This document shows positions 15,382 through 29,270 of a stretch of 64,000 nucleotides of DNA, in pieces. The stretch is from Octopus sinensis. Taxonomy: Eukaryota. The position numbers and the translations under genes are program-made. The stretch covers positions 55,552,001-55,616,000 of the forward strand of contig NC_043002.1 in the NCBI RefSeq assembly GCF_006345805.1, written 5' to 3'. How positions within the stretch are numbered: the first letter of the stretch is position 1; the number at the start of each line of letters is the position of its first letter. The notes under the pieces were generated by a model, which saw nothing but the letters and a program-made list of their open reading frames with translations, searched no databases and was not told the origin of the DNA.

Positions 15382-16489
15382 TTTCTTTTTATATTTCATG
15401 TTACAGTCATTTCTTTCTCTTCAATATACATTTTATATATATTATATTACAATGTATCTCACCAGTAGGACATTTTTTTCTTCCCGTCATCATAAAATAA
15501 GTACCATTTACGTAATGGCGTCGACGAAATCCATTACACCTACCCCGAAATTGCTGACCTTGAGCCAAAGTTGGAAACTATCAATTCTTGCATCGAACCT
15601 GTACCAGAGGGGATCGTTTCCTCTTTTGAATAAAGCAACTGAGAGGAAAATACGAAGATGATGCAAACTTAGAAACACCTTTCTTCTCTTTTTCGTTCTT
15701 CCAATGTTATGACGAGATTATGTCCTACGGCCATCACTGGAGAAAAATATCTCAGGACTCGAGCATTCCTAATGATGCGCGGCAAAATATCACAATTAAT
15801 ATTTTTGTCGATATTACATCAATAATGATCACTGTTATATCGCCACACTTGTATTGAGTAATCTGTTAGAAGAATCTCATATTTCCTATAAGAAAATGTC
15901 TCCTTCAAACATCGGAAAGTTAGTTGGAAAAGTCGTCCTTTTCTGCTCAGAGGTGGCCATGTTTAGAGCGTAGTACCCGTCAAACATAGCGTGTTCCAAT
16001 CAAGCCGTGACATAATAGTCATGATGCGATCAGAAATACGAGAGCTGCGTGTCTCGTTCTCATTTCTTGCAGAAACATGCGTCTCCAGAATCATAAGTGT
16101 CCAGCTTTCCATTCGTCTAACTGTGGTGATTCACTGAGTGCAGCCATGTCAGAGTCGCACAGCTTTACTCGCAGCTGTGTATGTATGTATGTTGTTATTC
16201 AGTCTATTTCAAGTTCTTGCCAATAGAGAAAGAACAGGTTTCTAACCTAGATCTATGTATGTATGTATGTATGTATGTATGTATGTATGTATGTATGTAT
16301 GTATGTATGTATGTATGTATGTATGTGTGTGTGTGTGGTGTGTGTGTGTGTGTCTGTGTGTGTGTGTGTATGAATAACTGATTAGAAATACGAGTGAGAT
16401 TGAGAGATTGTGCTGTGATATGTAAGTATGGGAATTTGATAAAGAATATATGAGAAGGATGTTCACATCCAGTATACAATGAATACTTC

Positions 16490-17370
16490 TGGATAATGAA
16501 TATCATGAGATCATAAACATTGATGAGGAAATTGCCGGATAATGAACATTCTACGATAGTAAACAGAGTATGATGGTGTGCTCTATTAGATAATGTACAC
16601 TATCTGATAGTGAGACTGATATGTAACAGTATTGGATTGTGAACACTGTTGGGTGGTGAACATTGTTGGACAATGAGCGTGGTAGCAAAGTAAACACTGT
16701 TAGATAACGAGTAATGTAAAATGGTTAACATTGCTGTATAATGTACGTTGTTGGATAGTAAGAACTGTCAGATAATGAATGCTTTAGGATTGTAAATAAC
16801 GTTAGATAATGGGCATTGGTTTGTGGTGAACACTGCTGGACAATGAACATGGCTTGTTAGGAAACAAGATAGTGAACACTGTCGCAGAATGAACGTCGCA
16901 GGCTGGTGGACAGACTTTGTCAGTGAACATAGATATGCAGCGGAGACTCTTGGATAATGTACGCAGTTAAATATTGAACAACATAAATAGACATTCTTGG
17001 AAAATTATCACTGTGGGGTAATGGTCTCTTTTGGACAATGAATGCTGTTCGTTAGTAAACAGTGTTGGGTAATAAACATTGTAGAATAGTGAACATTGTT
17101 GGGTAGTATTAGATGGGGATCTCTATTAAACGTTAGAAAATATATACTGTTCCTTAATAGAAACTGTTGGATATTAAACAGTGCTCACTTATGTACACTG
17201 TAAAATGGTAAGATTCTTAGATGGTGAAAGCAGATGAACGGTAAATTCTTTGATGCTATGAACACTGTTGGAGAACGAACGCTTTTTGATAGTAATCATT
17301 ACTGAATTGTGATTCGCATGAACACAACACAGTGAACACTGCTGGATAATGAACACTACTAGGTCATCAA
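16490..17370. repeat. Degenerate minisatellite, about 20-22-nt unit resembling GTGAACACTGTTGGATAAT
   Basis: TGAACACTG/TGAACATTG and TGGATAATG recur at roughly 20-nt spacing. Duplicated at 20525-21415. Confidence 0.7.
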
Positions 17371-18022
17371 CATTGCTGGTTGGCTAAGCATTTTGTCCAA
17401 AGTGCTTCTGATTCTGTCAGCTTACCGGTTCCGTGTCTACAGTATGATAATTCTTGGGCATTCATCTAAGAAGAAGTGGGAGAGCTGAGAGAATCCTTGC
17501 TCTAACCAACATTTTACTAAAAGGTAGAAGCTCCAGATTATTTATGCCTCAGAATATATCGGTGCAGAAATATTAATGACTTCATAGAGATATACGGTAT
17601 CTGGGTGATACTACAAAGGCACTATAAGCGACTTGTAGGCACGTTATGCATAACCAAATCGCACGTGCCTACACAACTCAATAATATTTACATTTCAGCC
17701 CCAGGGAAAGCGTCTAATATGTAACACCACTCTATGCTGGTGGTGATGATGAAGGTGGTGGCGACAGTAACAACGATTTTTAACATGAAACTGTAACGCA
17801 CTTTCCCCGCTCGGTAATTTCCCGTTAAGCGAACGCAACCTACTAGCAATTGGCCTGGGCACTATATGCTGTTATGAAAATGCTTTCCCAAATCTTTAAC
17901 ATAGTTCCACTAAATATGAACCATATTATCGTGAGGAAGTACTTCTTAACACATGCAAGATTCGAATAGCCTTTCCACCTGTATATACATACATACATAC
18001 GTACATACATTCATACATCATT

Positions 18023-18082
<60 letters not shown>

Positions 18083-19084
18083 TATATGTATATATATATA
18101 ATTCATATATATATATATATATACATATACACATATATATCTTCTTTTACTTGTTTTAGTCCACTAGTTGCGGCCATGCTGTGGATCGACATTGAAGAAT
18201 TTTTTGTCGAATGTACCGACCCGAGGACTTATTTCAGAAAGCTATGTACTGATTCCCTTGGTCACTTTTTGCCGAACAGGTAAGTAACGTGTATATAAAC
18301 ACACAAGCATTGGTCGTCAAGCGATACTCAAGAAAGATTAGAAATCGATGAGTGTAGGTCAGATAATTGCTATGAAATATCATTAATTTTCATTTAGAAA
18401 ATTAACAAAATCTTTTACTTAGAGATTTATATCTCTTAAGAAGGAAAAATTTCTCGTGAATTCAGTCCGGCCATTGTCAAATCTGGCAACAAGATGGCAC
18501 AAAAAACGTAAAGTCAATGAAAAGAAGATTTACAACCACGACGGTTCGGATGGGATAAAAGGATGGATAGTGAGGCTTCTTGTCAATCATACATTCGCGC
18601 AAGATGAGTGTTCAAAAGAAATACAAGTCTAAGGCATCAAATATCGAGTTTGGGCCAAAATTTCAAAAAATGACCCAATTAATTGATAAGTACCCATATA
18701 TTTCTAGGAATGAATTCGCTAAGCTGAGCTATGGAAGTCTTCTAAAGAACAAAATTAGTATGGAATCTTCGTATTGAGAAAGTTACTTATTTCCTCTCGC
18801 AGCTTTGACAACGCGCGGGGAGCGACGTCCGAATTTTATCGAGCAGATATTCTCTGACATGTAAAGATTGTTTGTCTTTGAGAAATATTGGTGAAATGGC
18901 ACCAAAGATTATCATGTTATATTATTAAAGCCCGACGTGATGGGTTTTCCCCATAATGAATACAGTCGCATTATTTTTCGTAGGTTATACATTTTCAGAA
19001 GTAAGGCCGATTCGTTTTCCATTTGTTTTCTTTCTTCTCTCTTTCTCACTGCTACTAACGAGTTCGCTGTTAAAATATATTTCT

Positions 19085-19785
19085 ATTTTAATATTGTATT
19101 ATTTTTATACAACTTGAAGAATTCTAATGCTAAATTAATATAAGCGTTTCAAATTTACCGGCAAAATTAGTTTAAAACCATATCATTATAATTTTATTTA
19201 AAGCTTAAGATTGTAGCAAAAATGAGCAACAAGAACGAAATACAGATTAGTACTTTGTGCCGTAGCCTTTATTCTTAATAACGGCTGAACAACGTCTCGG
19301 CATTGAATTCGCTAAGTGATTACAAAATTATATGGGAATATTTTGCCAATCGAATAATTGTTTTAGATTAGATGGTTTTTTAGCATAGACATTTTGGAAA
19401 CATAATTCCACAGGTTGTCGATCTGATTCAGGTCCGGGCTCTGGGGAGGCCACTTGATTACGTCAATATTATGGTGATCAAAAAATTCCATAACTTTGGG
19501 CTTTGTGCACAGGACTATTGTCCTGCTTATAAATAGCCCCCGAAGGCATTTGGTGAGTCAAATATGGCACATCATTATCCTTTAGTAGATTCATATAACC
19601 TACACTATTTAGCTTTCCATTAACTTTAACTAGAGGGCCAACATCAAAGCTACGAAATGCCGGCCGCACCATAACACCCCCACACACCGCTTGCGCCGTC
19701 TTTTTCACGCATTTGAGATGGATTTCCTCGGTTGGGCGATGTTTGACGTATGTTTTACCATCTGATCCAAATATACAGAAGCGTG
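19085..19785 (-). mobile_element. Truncated second copy of the Tc1-like element
   Basis: Matches about 1625-2310. ORF 19478-19708 contains GPLVKVNGKLNSVGYMNLL...QDNSPVHKA (Tc1 catalytic region). Confidence 0.85.
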
Positions 19786-20524
19786 ACCCACCCCAAATCC
19801 GAATTTTCTGTAAAAACTTGTGGAGATAACTGTTGCGGAATATGAATTAGGCAAGGTTACAACCACTTAGAAATATCCGAGGGATAAAGACGGATATTAA
19901 TTGCGAAACAAGAAATCTCTTATGTTACATAATCTGGTCTAGTCGTAAGGAAAACTACATTAGTTAAACCGGAATCTCTGTGGGTGAAAGATAGAACATA
20001 CACACACTTTATCCCGACCAAAGGGAAATCCCACTTAGTGAAAATTAACTAATTTGCGATGACAAGTTTATTTTTTTCCTGTTTGTCTTTGCTTAACAGA
20101 CAATCCAAAATTATTTTTTTTTTAAATTGAGATGTATTTTTTAAAAATAAATTCTTCTAAATTAACTTTGCTTAAAAAAACAATAATGAACAAAAGAAAA
20201 TATTTTTTTTACCTCCGGCTCGAAATATTTCTTAAGGAGAGATGAAAACAACTCTAAACTGAAAAACTTTCCGCTTCTCTTCCATATTTTTTAATTACTT
20301 TTTCTTTTTATTATTTTTTAATTGCAAATTAGGTGAAACGGAATTTTGACATTTTCACTTTTATCTCTCAATGAATTGTTTCTAGTTTTGCTACTCGTTT
20401 ATTAATTCTACACATATTAGTATGGGAATTGTGTGTGTATATGTGTGTGTGTATGTGTGTTTGTGTGCGTATGTATGTATTTATATATCACTGATCCATG
20501 TACACGCCTGCACATAAACGCCAT

Positions 20525-21415
20525 GGATAATGAATAGCATGAGATCATAAACATTGATGAGGAACATGGCTGGATAATGAACATTGTACGATAGTAAACA
20601 GAGTACGATGGTGAGCTCTGTTAGATGATGTACAATATTTGATAGTGAGACTGACTGATAGGTAACACTATTGGATTGTGAACACTGTTGGGTGGTGAAC
20701 ACTGCTGGACAATAAGCGTAGTAGCAAAGTAAACACTATTAGATAACGAGCAATGTAGGATGGTTAACATTGTTGTATAATGAAAGTTTTTGGATAGTGA
20801 GAAATGTCAGATAATGAATGCTTTAGGATTGTAAATAATATTAGATAATGGGTATTGGTTTGTAGTGAACACTGATTAATGATGAACATGGCTTGTTACG
20901 AAACAAGATAGTGAACACTGTCGGATAATGAAAGTCGCAGGTTGGTGGACAGAGTTTGTCAGTGAACATTGATATGCAGCGGAGACTCTTGGAGAATGTA
21001 CGCAGTTAAATATTGAACAACATGAATAGACATTCTTGGAAAATGATCACTGTTGGGTAATGGTCTCTTTTGGACAATGAATGCTGTTCGTTAGTAAACA
21101 GAGTTGGGTAATAAACACTGTAGAATAGTGAACATTGTTGGGTATTATTAGATGAGGATCTCTATTAGACGTTAGAAAATAAATACTGTTGCTTAAGTGA
21201 AACTGTTGGATAATGAACATTATTCAGTTATATACACTGTAAAATAGTATGATTCTTAGATGGTGAACGCAAATGAACGGTAAAATATTTGGTGCTATGA
21301 ACACTGTTGGATAATGAATGCTTTCGGATAGTAATCATTACTGAATTGTGATTCGCATGAACACAACATAGTGAACACTGCTGGATAATGAACACTACTG
21401 GGTCATCAACATTGC
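20525..21415. repeat. Second copy of the degenerate about 21-nt minisatellite
   Basis: Colinear with 16490-17370. Confidence 0.7.
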
Positions 21416-22098
21416 TGGGTGGCTAAGCATTTTGTCCAAAGTGCTTCTGATTCTGTCACCTTACCGGTTCCGTGTCTACATTCTGATAATTCTTGGGCAT
21501 TCATCTAAGAAGTGGGAGACCTGAGAGAATCCTTGCTCTAACCAATATTTTACTAAAAGGTAGACGCTCCAGATTATGCTTCAGAATATATCGTTGCAGA
21601 ATTATTAATGACCTCATAGTAATATAGGGTATCTGGGTGATAGTACATAGGTACTATTAGCGACTTGTAGGCACGTTATGCATAACGAAATAGCACGTGC
21701 CTACACAACTAATTGATATTTACATTCCAGCCCCAGGGAAAGCGTCTAATATGTAACACCACTCTATGCTGGTGGTGATGATAATGGTGGTGGCGACAGT
21801 AACAACGATTTTTAACATGAAACTGTAACGCACTTTCCCCGCTCGGTAATTTCCCGTTAAGCGAAAGTAACCTACTAGCAATTGGCCTGTGACCTATATG
21901 CTGTTATGAAAATGCTTTCCCAAATCTTTAACATAGTTCCACTAAATATGAACCATATTATGGTGAGGAAGTACTTCTAAACACATGCAAGATTCGAATC
22001 GCCCCTCCACCTGTATATACATACATACATGCATACATACATACATACTAACATACATAGATACATACATACTAACATGCATACATACAATACATAAT

Positions 22099-22140
<42 letters not shown>

Positions 22141-22221
22141 TATATATATATATATATATATTATATATATCATATATATATATATATATTAGATATATAT
22201 AATTATATATATATATATAGT

Positions 22222-22255
<34 letters not shown>

Positions 22256-23276
22256 CATATATATATACATATACACATATATCTCTTTTACTTGTTTTAG
22301 TCCGCTAGTTTGCGGCCATGCTGTGGCTCGACATTGAAGAATTTTTACTCGAATGTAATCGACCCGAACTTATTTCAGAAAGCTATGTACTGATTCTCTT
22401 TGTCACTTTTTACCGATCAGTTAGATTACGTGAATATAAACACACAAGCATTGGTCGTCAAGCGATACTCAAGAAAGATTGGAAATCGATGAGCGTAGGT
22501 CAGATAATTGCTATAAAATATAAAAGTGAAAATTTACCATTAATTTTCATATAGAAAATTATTTTTAAAATATTTTATTGGAGATTTTTTTCTCTTAAGA
22601 AGGAAAAATTTCTCGTGAATTCAGTCCGGCCATTGTCGAATCTGGCAACAAGATGGCACAAAAAATGTAAAGTGAATGAAAAGAAGGTTTACAACCACGA
22701 CTGTTCGGATAGGATAAATGGATGGAGAGTGACGCTACTTGTCAATCATACATTCGCGCAATAAGAGTGTTCATAAGAAATACAAGTCTAAGGCATCAAA
22801 TATCGAGTTTGGGCCAAAATTTCAGAAAATGGCCGAATTAATTGATAAGTACACATATATTTCTAGGAATGAATTCGCTAAGCTGAGCTATAGAAATCTT
22901 CTAAAGAGCAAAATTAGTAAGGAATCGTCGTATCGAGAACGTTGTTTATTTCCTCTCGCTGTTTTGACAACGCGTGGGGAGCGACGTCCGAAGTTTACCG
23001 TGCGGATATTCTCTGACATGTAAAAATTGTTTATCTTCGAGAAATATTGGTGAAATGGCACCAAAGATTATCATGTTATATTATTAAAGCCCGACGTGAT
23101 GGGTTTTCCCCATAATGAATACAGTCGCATTATTTTTCGTAGGTTATACATTTTCAGAAGTAAGGCCGATTCGTTTACCATTTGTTTTCTTTCTTCTCTC
23201 TTTCTCACTGCTACTAACTGTTAAAAGATATTTCTATTTTAATATTGTACTTATCTCTTAACCGATACTGTCTTCC

Positions 23277-23320
<44 letters not shown>

Positions 23321-23631
23321 CGACACACACACATACACACACACACACATGCACACACACACTCACATACACACACACATACACATGCACACACACAAAG
23401 AGATTAATATAATATATTTGTTTCTTTTTTTCTTTTACTTATTTATCTCATTATTCCGCCATTAGCAGAACTAATCGACCCCAAGCCTTATTCTTTGCAA
23501 ATCAAATACGTGTTCTATCGGACTACTTTACCGAACCGCTAGTTTACAAGGACGAAAACAGATCAGTATCGGCTCTCAAGCGATGTTGGGGGCACAGTCA
23601 CGACAGGGCCTATACATACATACATATTAGA

Positions 23632-23735
<104 letters not shown>

Positions 23736-24525
23736 CTTGCCCTAAAGTCTCTATACGAGATGCAAGTCGGTACTCTTACCAGAGGTAATGTTTCTTACGA
23801 TCCCAACATGGCTGTTCTGAATAGAACACTGTTACTATTTCACGGCTTGATTGGAACACTTACACTATGTTTGACAGGCGCTACACTCCAAACATGGCCA
23901 CCTCTGAGTAGAAAAAGAACGACTTTTCCAGATAACTCTGCGACGTCTTGAAGGAGGCATTTTCTTATAGAAAGTATGAGATTTTCCTAAAAGATTACTC
24001 AACACAACTTTAGCGATATAACAGTGATCACTATTGATCTAATATCGACAAAAATATTTCGATGAGGAATGCACGAGTTTCGGAACATTTCGTCCTGCTG
24101 CATTTTCTCTAGTGAGGGCAGTATGACATAATCTCGTCATAACATTGGAAGAACGAAAACGAGAAGAAAGGTTTTTTTAGATGTGCATCATCTTCGTATT
24201 TTCCTCTCAGTTGCTTTAATCGTTCTATTCAAATGAGGAAACGATTCCATCTGGCACAGGTTGGATGCAACAATTGATAGCTCCCAACTTTGGCTCAAGG
24301 CCAACAATTTCGCGGTAGAGGTAAGTGGATTTTGTCGACCCCGTAACATAACTGGTACATATTTTATCAACACCGAAAAAATAGATGTCCTATTGGTGAG
24401 ATACATATAATATAATGTATATAAAATACATATTAAAGATAAAGAAATGACTGTAACATGAACTATTAAAAGAAATTATTTATAAAATAAAAAAATATTT
24501 TTATGTCAAGAAATAATGGAACAAA

Positions 24526-27500
24526 TCATCATCATCATCATCATCGTTTAACGTCCGCTTTCCATGCTAGCATGTGTTGGACGATTTGACTGAGGACTGG
24601 CGAACCAGATGGCTGCACCAGGCTCCAATCTGATCTGACAGAATTTCTACAGCTGGATGCCCTTCCTAACGCCAACCACTCCAAGAGTATAGTGGGTGCT
24701 ATTACATGCCACCAGCACGAGGGCCAGTCAAGCGGTACTGGCAACGGCCACGCTCAAATGGTGTTTTTTACGTGCCACCTGCACAGGAGCCAGTCTAGCG
24801 GCTCTGGCAACGACCTCGCTCGAATGTTTATTCACGTGCCAGTAAGGCAGCGCTGGTAACGATCACACTCGAATGGTGCTTTTTACATGCCACCGGTACG
24901 GAAGCTAGTTAGCTGCTCTGGCAATGATCACGCTCGGATGGTGCTCTTAGCGCTCCATTAGCACGGATGCCAGTCATCGAATTTGATTTCGATTTCGATT
25001 TCACTTGCCTCAACAGGTCTTCGCAAGCAGAGTTTAGTGTCCAATGAAGGAAAGGTACGCATTAAGTGGGCTGATTACACCCCTGGTATAGGCCACGAGG
25101 TTATGGTCTCACTTGGCTTGCCGGGTCTTGTCAATCACAGCATATTTCCAAAGGTTTCGGTTACTAGTCATTGCCTTGGTGAGACCTAATGATCGATTCA
25201 CCACCTCATCCCAGGTCTTCTTGAGTCTACTTCTTCCACAGGTTCCCTCAACCGCTAGGCACTTTTCACACAGCTATCCTCATCCACTCTCGCCACATGA
25301 CCATACCAGCGCAGTCGTATCTCTTGCACACCACACCTGATGCTTCTTAAGTCCAACGTTTTTCTCAAGGTACTTACACTCTGTCGAGTATGCACACTGA
25401 CATTACACACCCAGTAGAGCATACTTGCTTCATTCCTTGCGAGCTTAGACATGTCTTCAGCAATCATGGCCCATGTTTCACTGCCAAGTAGCATGGCTGT
25501 TCGTACACATGCGTCATACAGTCTACCGTTTACTCTGAGCGAGTGGCCTTTTGTCACCAGCAGACGTAAGAGCTCTCTGAACTTTGCCCAGGCTATTCTT
25601 ATTCTAGCAGCTACACTTTTAGCGCACCCTCCCCCGCAACTGATTTGGTCACCTAGGTAACGAAAGCTATCAACAACTTTTAGTTTTTCTCCCTGGAATG
25701 TGGCGGAAGTTGTTCTCTGCACATTTTTAGTGTTTATTGCTCCTGAGCATCTGCCACATACAAAAACTATCTTCCCAGTTAGCTTTCCTTTGATATTGCT
25801 GCACCTCTTATGTGTTCATAGCTTACACTGGGTACATCTTATAGAGTTTCTACCTACGCCTTTTCTACAGATCGAGCAGGACCATCTACCTGAAGGGATT
25901 TGTGGTTTGCCTGCCTTCCTACTTATGAGGACTTTGGTTTTAGCTAGGTTGACTCTAAGGCCCTTCGATTCTAATCTTTGCTTCCACAACTGAAACTTCT
26001 CCTTTAGTTCTGACAGTGACTCAGCAATTAGAGCAAGGTCGTCAGCATAGAGGAGCTCCCAGGGGCATCCTGTCTTGAATTCCTCCGTTATTGCATGGAG
26101 GACTATGATAAATAAGAGGGGGCTGAGGACTGAACCTTGGTGGACCCCTACCTCTACCCGGAATTCTTCACTATACTCGTTGCCAACCCTCACCTTACTG
26201 ACAGCGTCCCTGTAATGGTTTGCACAGCTCTCACTAACCATTCATCTATTCCTAGTTTCCTCATTGACCACCAGATAAGGGATCTGGGTACCCTGTCAAA
26301 GACTTTCTCCATGTCAACAAATCCAGGGACAGAGGTTTATTTTTGGCTAGATATTTCTCCTGCAGCTGTCTTACCAGAAATATGGCATCAGTGGTGCTTT
26401 TCCCTGGCACGAACACAAACTGCATCTCATCTAAACTGACTCTTTCCCTAATTAGATGGGCTATAACCCTCTCTGTGACCTTTATTACCTAATGTAACAA
26501 CTTGATACGTCTGTAATTATTTATATCTAAAGCGTCACCTTTACCTTTGTAGCAGTTGACTATAGTGCTGCTACACCAGTCATTGGGTGTGACTACTTCG
26601 TGTATCACCTGGTTAACTATACGGGTGACTAGGCTATAGCCGACACTACAACATATTTTGAGCATCTCTGCAGTGATTCCAGTTGGGCCGGGGGCTTTCC
26701 CTGTCTTCATACTCTTAAATGCTTTATCTCCCAAGGTACTGTCAACTCGGATAGCTGGTCCCTCTGTTGGGTCGATATTCGGCAGACTCTCTTTCTCCCA
26801 TTCATTTTCTTTATTGAGCAACCTTTCATAGGTTGCGGATACATTTCTCTCCTACGACATCACGATTCTCTCTTACACACTGTCTTGCAACACGAAATGC
26901 CTCAAGTCTTTGGTCCTCACGGCGCAGAACATTGGCAAATTTTTTCTCATCTGCTTCCTCTCTGGCTAAATAAACCTGCCTCTTAGCTTACCTTCAGGCA
27001 GTATGATACAATTCCCTGCTACCACCGTTCTTCCAGTCCTTCTTAGCCTGTTTCTTTTCTCTAATAGCCCTGTCAACAACACTCTTCCACCACTACGTTA
27101 TTTGGGTCGAGAGGGGACTTTGCACCATCCTCAGATCTGGTCAGTGGCCCTCAGCAGGTTGTCCCGTAGAAACCTCCAGTTGTCTCCTACATCGTGTGAA
27201 GTTATATCCCCTTCTATTTCGTCAAAGGCTTCGAGTAATATGTCTCTAAATCTCTGTCCATTCGCAGGATCTTTTAGCTTCCAGACCCTTCTCCTCCATG
27301 CTGGTCGTCTTCTGAGTATCCACTTAGCCCTGATCCTGAAGTCACTAACTACCTGTCTATGTTGTGGGGTACATTCTTCGCCTGGGAAAGTTTTGGCATT
27401 TATATGCAGCCATATTTCCCTTTTTCTGGCGAGGATGTAGTCAATTTGGCTTGTGTATCTGCCAGAACGGCAGGTGACTAGGTGACTGGCAGGTTTCCTG

Positions 27501-28150
27501 GAGTTAGTATATCAAACCATAAGATCATTTGCATCGCAGAACTCCAGCAGCCCGGTTCCCTCCTCATTGCGGGAACCAAAACCGTAGCCTCCATGTACGC
27601 CATGGAAGCCCCTGTTTGTTGTCCAACATGTCCGCTGAAGTCACCAGCAACAAAGAGAAAGTCCCTGACAGTCGTCAACGAGGTAGTCTGCAAGAGGGTG
27701 TCATAGAATCGGTCTTTCTGTCCATCGGGTAGCCCCGGCTGAGGGGCATAGGCCAAGATAATGGTTGCTAACCCATGACGAAGCACTAATCTAATCTTAA
27801 GTATTCTGTCGCATACTCTGACTACCTTGATTACCTTATCCACTCATTTCTCCGCAAGAAGTATGCCCACGCCCCCGACCCTGTCAGTGTTCCCTGCCCA
27901 GAAAATCTTGTACCTGTGTTCTTTGCCTGTGAGGAACCTAGCGGAACCTCCTCTCCACCTTATTTCTTGGATGCAGCACATATCGACACATCTCCGTTCA
28001 AGCATCTCAACAATCTCACCAGACCTACCTTTCAGTGTGCCGACGTTGAGAGTGCCAACCCTGAGGGTGTGGGAGGTATGGGCCCGTGAGATCTTTGGAC
28101 GAGGACAGCGGCATCATGTACCTGAAAAGAGAGCTCGCATTTGGCAAAAT
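24526..28150 (-). mobile_element. RTE-clade LINE, near full length, degenerate (APE endonuclease + RT + PHD-like finger; (TGA)n tail)
   Basis: Minus strand: LRVGTLNVGTLKGRSGEIVEMLERRCVDMCCIQE (APE); KGKGDAL...NYRRIKLL; GVHQGSVLSPLLF and LLYADDL (RT); VDSFRYLGDQI; RLRWYGHVAR. The 3' end is AAGCGGACGTTAAACGATGATGATG. Multiple stops and frameshifts. Confidence 0.9.
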
Positions 28151-28397
28151 TCATAAGCGAACATTAGCCTTCAGTTCAATCATATTTTTGCACTATATGA
28201 TAACTACCTTACATAGGAGATAAACCCTAAGTAGGGGTGGGGATGGCATAAAACCTTTAGAAGTGTTCATGGGAGACAACCAAAGAATGACAAAGGATAG
28301 GAACTTCCGGTACGGGTGGAAAGGGGTTAGAGGTCGTTTGTACCGCGAACTAGCAAATTTAGACGAGAGCATAAAAAAAATATCGAATAGAGAATCA

Positions 28398-29270
28398 GAG
28401 TGTGCGCGCTAGTTTATATAGGGGGGGGGGAGAAGTCTTGGCGAAGCGAGTGGTAATCGAAAGAGAGACAGAAACAAGAGAGACAGAGACAGAAACAGAC
28501 AGAGTGAGGCCGAAAGAGAGACAGAGTGAGGCGGAGAGAGAGAGGGGTAGTGATCAAAACACGAGGTTAGAAAAATATTCTTTGGAGATTTGTGTAGCAT
28601 AATTTAATGAGACAGCAAATGTTGATAATAGTAAAATAGAATTGAGAAATCTGAGAGCTTTCGGTCAGACAATCTAAGACGAAATTCGAGAAATAAGTGA
28701 CTGTGTGATTAACTTTAATAGATGAATAAATGAATGAATATGTTGCAGCTAAAAAAAAGCGTGAACTAAGGTTATCTTATGGCAACAACGGGGAAGACGA
28801 AACTATTGAAACTATATTTACATGATGACATAGTACTGAAATGGATTGAATAATGAAAAGAACTAATAAGGGGTTCATGATCTGCGCAGAAATAGAAGAG
28901 AAGGTAACTGGGTTCAAAAGACAAAACATCTTATCTGAGCATCTTCTGAGATTCGTATTCTTCGTCAGAGGTATTAAAATCGAGTAAAGGAGACCGAGTG
29001 CGTGCGCTAGTTTATATAGGGTGGTGGTGGTGGTGGTGGAGGAAGTCTTGTCGAAGCGAGTGGTAATCGAAAGAGAGACAGAGACAGAGAGAGTGAGGTT
29101 GAGTGAGAGACAGAGTGAAGCAGAGAGAGAGAGGGGAGTAGTGGTCGGAACACGAGGGAGAAAAATATTCTTTTGGGATATGTGTAGCATACATTAACGG
29201 GACAGCAAATTTAGACGAGAGCATCAAGCAAATGTTGATAATAATAAAAATAGAAATGAAAACTCTGAGA
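28398..29270 (+). repeat. About 270-bp direct repeat pair (28398-28665 / 28995-29270) next to the RTE 5' end
   Basis: Both read GTGYGYGCTAGTTTATATAGGG...GAAGTCTTG.CGAAGCGAGTGGTAATCGAAAGAGAGACAG...AAAAATATTCTTT. Confidence 0.7.

Larger units (their letters stand above)
16440..23230 (+). repeat. Tandem segmental duplication, period about 4.0-4.2 kb (16440-19080 similar to 20480-23230)
   Basis: Colinear markers: minisatellite 16500/20525, GGCTAAGCATTTTGTCCAAAGTGC 17382/21421, promoter relic 17755/21785, repeat Y 18640/22800. Confidence 0.85.

Noticed and set aside
16490-21415. CRISPR-like array
   Set aside because: Eukaryotic context, degenerate contiguous units and no invariant repeat with unique spacers.
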